Shown: positions 36,361-43,703 of the stretch, in pieces
Layout: the number at the start of each line of letters is the position of its first letter
How positions within the stretch are numbered: the stretch's first letter is position 1
Assembly: GCF_001194135.2 (NCBI RefSeq)
Contig: NC_068994.1
Coordinates: 32,600,378 to 32,644,080 of the forward strand
Reading direction: 5' to 3'
DNA length: 43,703 bases
Source of the DNA: Octopus bimaculoides
Taxonomy: Eukaryota
Notes under the pieces: model-generated
Database searches by the model: none
The model's input: only the letters and a program-made list of their open reading frames with translations
What the model was told of the DNA's origin: nothing
Program-made: the position numbers and the translations under genes

Positions 36361-37494
36361 ATTAACGTAAAATTTGACTGGTTTCGAAGGAAAAACTTAT
36401 CTAGATGCATTTTTACTCCATTTAAGTTGCTAAATGTTTTTCCTTGCAATGAATTCTATAGAGACAAAAACAAATGGTAGGTGGATGGGGCAATATCAGC
36501 ACAATATGGTGGATGGGGTAACAGATCCCAGCCAAGTTCATGTAACTGTGTTTGGGTAGCCAAAGACACACGTGGTCGGACATTGTCTTGTTGGAACACC
36601 ACCCCTTTCCTGTTGGCAATCTCCAGCCTCAATTCTTTGATTTTTTTGGTTCAAATTAGCAAGCTGATGACAATGCACATCAGAATTAATGGTCTGATTT
36701 TTTGGGAGCTCATAATAAATAATGCCTTTACAATCCCACCAATCACAAAGCATAGCTTTTTTGGCATGGATATTTCTCTTTGGTTGCTGTTTTGGGTGGA
36801 TCTTTATGCAAACACCAGGATCTTTTTCACACCATGTTTGTGTACACAATCCATTTTTCATCTCCAGTCACAAGTTGTTTAAAAAAATGCATGCTTTCAT
36901 TCTGCTTCAAAAGCATATCACAAACGAAATACCGGTCCATGCAATTCTTTTCTGAGAGTTTGTGAGGGACCCATACATTTTAGTGAGAAATGTATCCTAA
37001 CTTCACTAGGTGTTCATGAGCTGTACTTTTAGAAACTTCCAATCCTTCTGCAAGTTCTCTAGTCATGATATCTGAGTTTTCTTCGATTTTTGCCTTCAAA
37101 ATATCTTCATTCAATTTTGAAGGTCTTCCACTGTGACTCATCTTCCAAGCTAAACTCTCCAGCTTTAAATTTTTCAAACCACCTTCAAACAGTTGATTCA
37201 CCTTCAGCTTCATCACCATAAACTTTACAAATGTTTTTGCAAGTCTTTGCAGCATTTTCTCCTTTTTCAAAAAAGAAAAGCATTACAATGCGGATAAGAA
37301 ACTTTTGGTTATCCATTTCAAATGTCAATAAAGGGTAACCGGAATGAAAGATAATTCTATTTTTAGTCAGGAACAAAGAAATGTGCTACCACTTCAAGGC
37401 AATGGCAGTTTTAACTGTGTTACATTTCAGGTGTGTTCAATGAAGCATTAAAAGATTTAGCTTAAAAATGCTCAGAACTTTCTGGACAACCTAA
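36358..37494 (-). mobile_element. Degenerate mariner (DD34D-type) transposon
   Basis: MDNQKFLIRIVMLFFFEKG, SGRPSKL, VWVPHKLS, LVTGDEKW, VFQQDNVRP, HPPYCADIAPSTYHLF (third D replaced by T at the 34-residue spacing). 5' TIR TTAGGTTGTCCAGAAAGTTCTGAGC at 37470-37494; 3' end missing. Confidence 0.92.
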
Positions 37495-37500
37495 AATATA

Positions 37501-37725
37501 CGTGTTTGTGTGTGTGTTTCTGTCTGTGTTTGTCCACCACCACTACTTGACAACCAGTGTTGGTGTGTTTACATGCCTGTAACTTAGTGGTTCAGCAAAG
37601 AAGACTGACAGAATAGGTACCATGGCTTAAAAGAAGAAAATAACTACTAGGGTCAATTAGTTCAACTAAAATTCCTCTAGGTGGTACCCCAGCATGGCCA
37701 CAGCCTAATGACTGAAACAAGTAAA
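37501..37725 (+). mobile_element. SINE family B, 3' half
   Basis: ttgacaaccagtgttggtgtgtttac...ccagcatggccacag...aatgactgaaacaagtaaaa. Confidence 0.8.
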
Positions 37726-38335
37726 AATTATGCAAAATCTGTAGATAAGGGACACCAATTTTCATACAAAGCAAACGGTGAAAAAAAAAAAAATACATAT
37801 TGAAAAGAATATTAAATATATATTTATATGTATATATATAAGCAATCCAACATTTTTGTAGCAACTTTTGAAATAAAAATATACAAACTCAGTTTAAATT
37901 TGTTTGGAGTATTTTATTGTGTCACATTTGACAATATATATACACATATGGTTGTATATATGGGGAAACAGCTTTTCTTTTATGCATGTTTTATTAAATA
38001 CACGACTATGTTCATGTTTTATCTTTTATATTTCACATTTTGCTTTTAGATTTTTTTCTGTTGGTTTGGAACAGTAGCATTTCTAAATCATGTGGCTTGA
38101 TGCTGATGATCAATACACCTTTTGCGGGCAGAAAGTCAATATAATCTCAGTCAGTGTATAAGAAATAACACAAACGTCAAATATGTTTAACTCCTGATAA
38201 TGAGACTGTGAAGGTCTAGAAACATCGAACATGGATTCAGGAAATCGACTATTCCAAACCAACTGTAAAAAGGTAGTAAGAAAATATGAAAATTATAAAA
38301 GATTAAATTTGAATGTAGACATGTATTTAATGAAA

Positions 38336-38391
<56 letters not shown>

Positions 38392-39469
38392 GTGTGTATG
38401 TGTGCATTTATGTTCACAAATGTAAAGAAAAGAAATGGGGAACTCAGATAAGAAGCTGAGTGATGCTTCAGCTTCATATGTATGTATGTATGTATGTGCT
38501 TATATGTGTGTGACTGTGTATTGTGTTATTTCTATAAATATGAAAGTGCTTAATACACAGATGTAGTAAAGTGTGTAGTGCCCAATTATATCTGAGTATA
38601 GTTAACTGTGGGTTTAAATCCATATCAAGGTTTCATGCAGGAATCCAAGTGGATATCACTGATCATCAGTAGATGTGAAGTCATATTAGGGTCAGAAATG
38701 GAAAAGGTATTATAGGTAAGGGACTTGTCACATGATCTGTGACATCACTCATGTCTACTGCTTTGCAAAATCATTCTTTTTTAAGGTGGGAAAAGATTTT
38801 TGTAGTAGAAAGTATTTTTTCTATTATATAGATATTTCTTTTGTTTATTGTTAGAAGTGGGTGATATTGTATGTGGAATTTCTCTGCAAAGCAGTGTACG
38901 TATTAGTTTTATATTTACATATATGTACATATGAAAATTAGCTTTTTTCAGTTTTTATTTATTTGTACATTTATATTTTTTCTTTTAATCTGTTCAAGGT
39001 GTGCAACTCCTGTAAACATTGCAACGCCAATGGTATAGCCGTCCATAAAATTTTAACATCCATATTAGCATTGTTTTGCGAAAGTTGAATGGGTACTGTA
39101 AAAACATATGTCTATCTGTTGGTTTGTCTCTCTCTTTCTCTTTCTCCCTCTCTCTTTTTGCAGCTCACTTTCTACAGAGTCTGTTTGTCCATCTGTTCAA
39201 ACAAGCCAGTTGTTAAAGGATATTTAAAATTTTTTTTTTTTTTTGTGTGTGTGTCTTTCTGTTCTTCATCACTTCGTAAACAATTTCCCGCTTTTGGTTG
39301 TTCTTGTTCTTGATGTTGTTGAGGCTTCTGTTGTTATAAAGCTTGCTTCTAGTTTTATTTTGTAATTTGGTAAAGTCTCTATAAATTGAAATATGTTGTG
39401 TACAATTTAAAAAAAATTTTTTTCATTTGCATTCTAAAAATTTTTACAAAATAAAAAAAACAACATAAC

Positions 39470-39507
<38 letters not shown>

Positions 39508-39629
39508 AAGTAGTAGTAATAATAATAATAATAACAACAACAATGTAATAATAATGAAAATTATAAAATGGAAACAAATGTATGGAAATAAAATTTTTTA
39601 AATTTTCAACAAAATAAACCATAATACAC

Positions 39630-39662
<33 letters not shown>

Positions 39663-40239
39663 TTGAATTTTGATAATTGATTTCTTTTTCTGTTTTTGTT
39701 TTTCCTTTTTTTTAATTCTCCTTTTCTTTCCTAAACATGAAGCATTTTTAGATAATTAAAATTCATTTCTGTTCTGCTGCTACCATCGATGACTTCAAGA
39801 TAGAAATTCTTGCAGTAGTTTGAAAGAATTTGTTAAAAGTAGTAGAAGCAGCAGCAGCAGCAGCAGAAGCAATGGTAGTCATAAATAAACCAAATACCTA
39901 ATAATCGAGGTTTGACTGTGGTATGACAAGGAGCAAGATTATGTAATGCAAATGACAATAACAACAACAACAACAAACTAATAATAAAGCAAATAAAAAA
40001 ATTAAACTAAATTTTAAAAAGTAAAATAAAATAAAAAAATTAGTTTTTAAATCAATTATTCCAAACATTTTTCCACAAGCATGGTAAAATAATTAAAAAT
40101 AAAATAATTAGCTACTACAAAATTCTAATTTATGCTGGAGAAGAAAAGAAAGAAGGGGGAAAAAATCAAGTTAAAAATTAAAAAAAGAAATAGAAAAACA
40201 TTGAGATTAAACAAATAACTAACTGAAATAATTAAATAA

Positions 40240-40520
40240 CAATGATAGTGATGATGATGTTGATGATTGGTGGGGATGATGAAGGTGGTGGTGGTGGTGG
40301 TGGTGGTGGTGGTGGTGATGATAATTGTTATGATGATGATGATGATAGTGATGATGATGGTGACAGTAGTGATAGTGGTGATAATGTTGATAATTGTTAT
40401 GATGATGATGATGATTGGTGTGGTGATATTAATAATAATGATGATAGTGGTGATGATAATAATATTGTTAATGATGATGATAATGATATCATTGATGGTG
40501 ATGAGAACGATAATATTAGT
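40240..40520. repeat. (GAT/GGT/AAT)n low-complexity tract
   Basis: Direct inspection. Confidence 0.9.
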
Positions 40521-40765
40521 TCATTATATTTCCTGAACTACATGACTCTGTTCTACAAGATGGAATTTTGGAATTGTCTATTCTTTGCATCATGGTTAAA
40601 ATAAGTCACATTAGTTCATCAGAAGATCCAGCATCTACCTGCATATATATACAAATCAAACAATCTGTCTGTCTGTCTACCTGTCCATCCATCTATCTGT
40701 CTATATATCTTTCTAACTGTAAATCTGTCTGCCTATCTATTTCAATAATAATAATAATAATAATA

Positions 40766-41320
40766 AATGCCTGGATGTAGTACCAGGCAGTGGCTCTCAT
40801 GGTTTCTGATCTTAACTGATTGGAAGTGTTATCATGTACATTGTCTTGTCTTGGTATAAAAGATGGGCTACAGCAAATATTCTGCTTAATATCACAGATT
40901 TGCTTGTCAGTCATTTGCCCTTAACCAGTTGAGCATGTCCCTTGGTGGCTGACGATATGTGCATCTCTGATCATGAGCAGAAGTAGTGGGGGAGCATCAT
41001 AGCCATGTGTTGAGAGGAATTCTTTGGGGTTTGAATAATTCACCTTTGGAAGCATGGGTGTTTTGCTCAACATCCTTAAACAAACCTATTCAGGGACCTT
41101 TTGAGCAGGATGGGCTACTCGATCCGAAGAAAATTCTAACTGGGCCCCACCTGCGAGGTCATGCGCTGTTTATCTTGATATGAGATCACCATGTCGCACA
41201 CATGGTTGTGATGCATGTGCTTGGTGTACCCTTATCAGACAGGTAGTCATGATGGGTATAATGGGCTTCATATATTTTACCCCAGTGTCACTTTGATGGC
41301 ATGCACTGCTCTCTCACTCA
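40766..41320 (+). mobile_element. ~560-bp non-coding interspersed element embedded in (TAA)n, copy A
   Basis: Flanked by (AAT)n at 40744-40765 and 41321-41331; matches 34113-34672 and 23925-24090. Confidence 0.85.
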
Positions 41321-41331
41321 ATAATAATAAT

Positions 41332-41600
41332 ATTGTGCCTATAATAATTGGTGCATTGGGAACAGTAAGCCAAGATATAGACAAATGGTTGAAGGAGATT
41401 GAAATAGAATGCCGAGTAGAGCTCCTAACAGAAAGTTTGTCTCTTAGAGACAGCAAGGATTATCATGAGGGTTCTAAGTACTTGGAAGACTGCTGAAAAC
41501 TTGTGTATACCTAAGGTTGCAGGTAGTAACCTGCTACCTATATAAATCCTGCCAGGAATAAGACCGAACCTGAGCTGGAAGACGATATTGTAATAATAAT
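41332..41600 (+). mobile_element. R4/Dong-type LINE extreme 3' fragment
   Basis: IVPIIIGALGTVSQDIDKWLKEIEIECRVELL/QKVCLLETARIIMRVLS, then 3' UTR and (TAA)n. Confidence 0.85.
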
Positions 41601-41945
41601 GTTCATCTGTCATTGTTGACAATGACCGGGATATATCATGGGAGAAGAAGATGGGTCGTGGTGCATCTGGCTGTGGGTGATCAAGCTGATGTGTGCTTGG
41701 AAGATTCTGCTGAAGGTTGGGCACTGGTGGTTTACTGGGAATGAAAGTAAGGAGCTGGCTCTGGACTTGTGCAACTTACATTTTCTTTTTGCTCCTGTGA
41801 TTCTATTCTTTTCATAGGAAGTGGCACCTCTGTTGGTGCAGCCATGCCAGGTAGGGCAGTCTTATACATGCATTTCCCTGGTGTTATGGCTGATCTGAAA
41901 TCTTACTTTAGATCTGACACACATAGATCTTATCTCAAGTGTTTA
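41601..41945 (-). mobile_element. RTE-BovB-type LINE 3' end
   Basis: DCPTWHGCTNRGATSYEKNRITGAKRKCKLHKSRASS..HQCPTFSRIFQAHISLITHSQMH (degenerate C2H2 tail), ending gatgaac(att)n. Confidence 0.8.
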
Positions 41946-41949
41946 ATAT

Positions 41950-42965
41950 TCTGCACTCTTAAGATAGAGGTAGACACAGGAAGACATGGGATGAGCTGGT
42001 GAAGCATGACCTTTGAACATTGGGCCTCACAGAGGCAATGACAGGAGACTGAGACCTTTGGAGATATGCTGTGATTGAGAAGACCCAACAACTAAAGTGA
42101 GACTGCAGCCATGCATATCCGGCCCAGTTAAGAATACCACTGATGCTTCCGGCAATATAATATGCTTGAGAAGACCTGTAAAACCAATATTGTAGCTGTG
42201 GCCAGGGCCCTGACTGGCTCCCGAACATAACTGATGTCAGTACCACATGACTGGCTCCTGTGCCAGTGGCATGTAAAAAGCACTATCTGAACATGATTGA
42301 TGCCAGGACTGCCTGATTGGCCCCTGTGCTGGGGGCACATAAAATGCACCATCCAAACGTGGCCAATGCCAGTACCCCCTGACTGGCTCTTGTGCTGGTG
42401 GCACATAAAAAGCACCATCCTAATGTAGCTGATGCCAGTACCCAATGATATATAATTTTGGTCAAGTTAGTCTCTTATTTCTTTTGAGTTTCACCTGTGG
42501 GTGCACAGGTTCCTCAGGTAACCTTTATCACTTCCATTTCCTCATTATCTTCCTTCAGCCGTGTACTTTCCTCTCTGCTATACTCCATCCCTTCTTCTCC
42601 AACTGCAGTATCCTAGTATCTCTTCCACAGCAAGTCACTTATCTCTATCCCTCTCTCATTCTTTTAACTTCTCATCAACTGGCACAAATCCCTCTCCCTC
42701 GATACTACTCCCCCCTGCTACTCAAGAGACTTTGTCTTGTCTTGCAAGTTACTTGGTGACCCCACTGGAGCTAGTGTCACATATAAAGCTCCCAGTACAC
42801 TCTGTGTAGTGGCTGGCATTAGGAAAGGCATCCAACCATAGAAACCATACCAAAATAGACAACACAACTTAGCACAGCCCTATGGCTTGCCAGCTCTTGT
42901 CAAACTGTCCGATCCATGCCAGCATGGAAAACAGGCATTAAATGATGATGATGAAGATGATGACT
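41950..42965 (+). mobile_element. RTE LINE 3' end with 66-bp tandem 3' repeats and (GAT)n tail
   Basis: RGRHRKTWDELVKHDL*TLGLTEAMTGD*DLWRYAVIEKT; tandem units at 42248, 42314 and 42380; tail ccatgccagcatggaaaacaggcattaaatgatgatg. Confidence 0.75.
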
Positions 42966-43179
42966 ATGTTATTGTGTACTCTTTCTTTTCAAACAGTCAA
43001 CACTAAACAGATTATATAAGAAGTTGGTTAAATTAATGGTAGATAAATGGCTGGTTAGATGTGTGGACAGCTCTTGAGATGGATCAATGGATGGATTGAT
43101 GAATGTGTTGGAATTAACAAAGAACAGTTGAAGTTAAGAATCTAAAGATATAAAGAAAAATATGAATACCAGACAGATA

Positions 43180-43337
43180 CATTATTTACATTATTAACAA
43201 TTGATGGATATTTGTCCTCATCTTGTTTGTTGTTAACACAACGTTTCGGCTGATATACCTCCAGCCTTCTTCAGGTGTCTTGGGGAAATTTCGAACTTGG
43301 GTTCTCTTTCCTAAGGTATTTTTCGATGTTGTTGTTG

Positions 43338-43397
<60 letters not shown>

Positions 43398-43399
43398 TC
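43180..43399 (-). mobile_element. Penelope-pseudo-LTR-like tail of a SINE-like element
   Basis: Minus strand: gacctgaat(aat)n-acatcgaaaaataccttagg...agacacctgaagaaggctg...cagccgaaacgttgtgtt...aatgtaaataatgta. Confidence 0.7.
43235..43279 (-). ncRNA. Minimal type I hammerhead ribozyme variant (dimer-type)
   Basis: GACAC-CUGAAGA-A-GGCUG-(9 nt)-CAGCC-GAAA-CG-U-U-GUGUU. Helix I is 5 bp (one G-U), helix II 5 bp, one extra A follows A9, and helix III is the ACGU palindrome with no loop. Confidence 0.7.
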
Positions 43400-43467
43400 T
43401 CTAACCCCAAGATTTCGAGTTTGATTCCAGGCAGTGACCTGAATCATAATAATAATAATAATAATAA
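43400..43467 (+). mobile_element. tRNA-like SINE head fragment with (AAT)n
   Basis: B-box-like gagtttgattcc (43417-43428), then gacctgaat and (aat)n, the same junction as the minus-strand copy. Confidence 0.6.
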
Positions 43468-43470
43468 CGT

Positions 43471-43703
43471 TTCTTTGAACAAAACAAACAGTTCAAATCC
43501 AACCCCAAAAAACTCTACCAAGAACTGGGTAAAAATAAAATAGACATTACTTCAGCACCAACAGCAGAAGAACTAGAGAAATTCTGGAAACAAATATGGT
43601 CGGTGAAGCAACAACCCCAAAAAAGGACCATTAAAACAACGAACTTAGCACCTGAGCAACTCTGGGCCCCTATAACAACTGAAGAGGTCACCCAGACACT
43701 GCA
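43471..43703 (+). mobile_element. R4/Dong-type LINE ORF fragment (region preceding the RT), runs off the window
   Basis: Open frame FFEQNKQFKSNPKKLYQELGKNKIDITSAPTAEELEKFWKQIWSVK...ITTEEVTQTL matches the QN..F..N.K..Y..L...P...FW..IW pattern of R4/Dong. Confidence 0.75.

Noticed and set aside
38231-38300. NRLFQTN resembling the R4 pre-RT motif
   Set aside because: Seven-residue match with no flanking similarity.
41819-41851. 33-nt plus-strand micro-exon (GSGTSVGAAMP) with good splice sites
   Set aside because: It lies within the antisense of an RTE-BovB C-terminal fragment, which explains the sequence.

Overview
AT-rich, repeat-dominated animal genomic DNA with ten N gaps (1201-1219, 2944-3255, 8236-9064, 9610-10503, 11148-11377, 13628-13932, 27245-27385, 29425-29787, 30350-30359, 31124-31602). 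The SINE families and microsatellite density suggest an octopus genome; this is an inference from recognised repeats, not a search. No intact protein-coding gene is visible, and nearly all ORF-track entries are microsatellite or gap artefacts. The window holds three tRNA-type SINE families plus decayed fragments of Tc1, two mariners, R4/Dong-type RLE LINEs, RTE/BovB, L1/Tx1, a Gypsy integrase and hAT- and Helentron-like non-autonomous elements. The strongest unexpected signals are two minus-strand type I hammerhead ribozymes with palindromic (dimer-type) helix III. One is core-perfect with a 91-nt structured insertion in helix II (3401-3536). The other is a minimal variant forming the tail of a B-box-headed, SINE-like element (43235-43279). 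Also notable are a pre-miRNA-like hairpin (15198-15256), a head-to-head inverted SINE pair, a tandem duplication with an exon-like core, several elements embedded in (TAA)n, and two weak candidate minus-strand exons.
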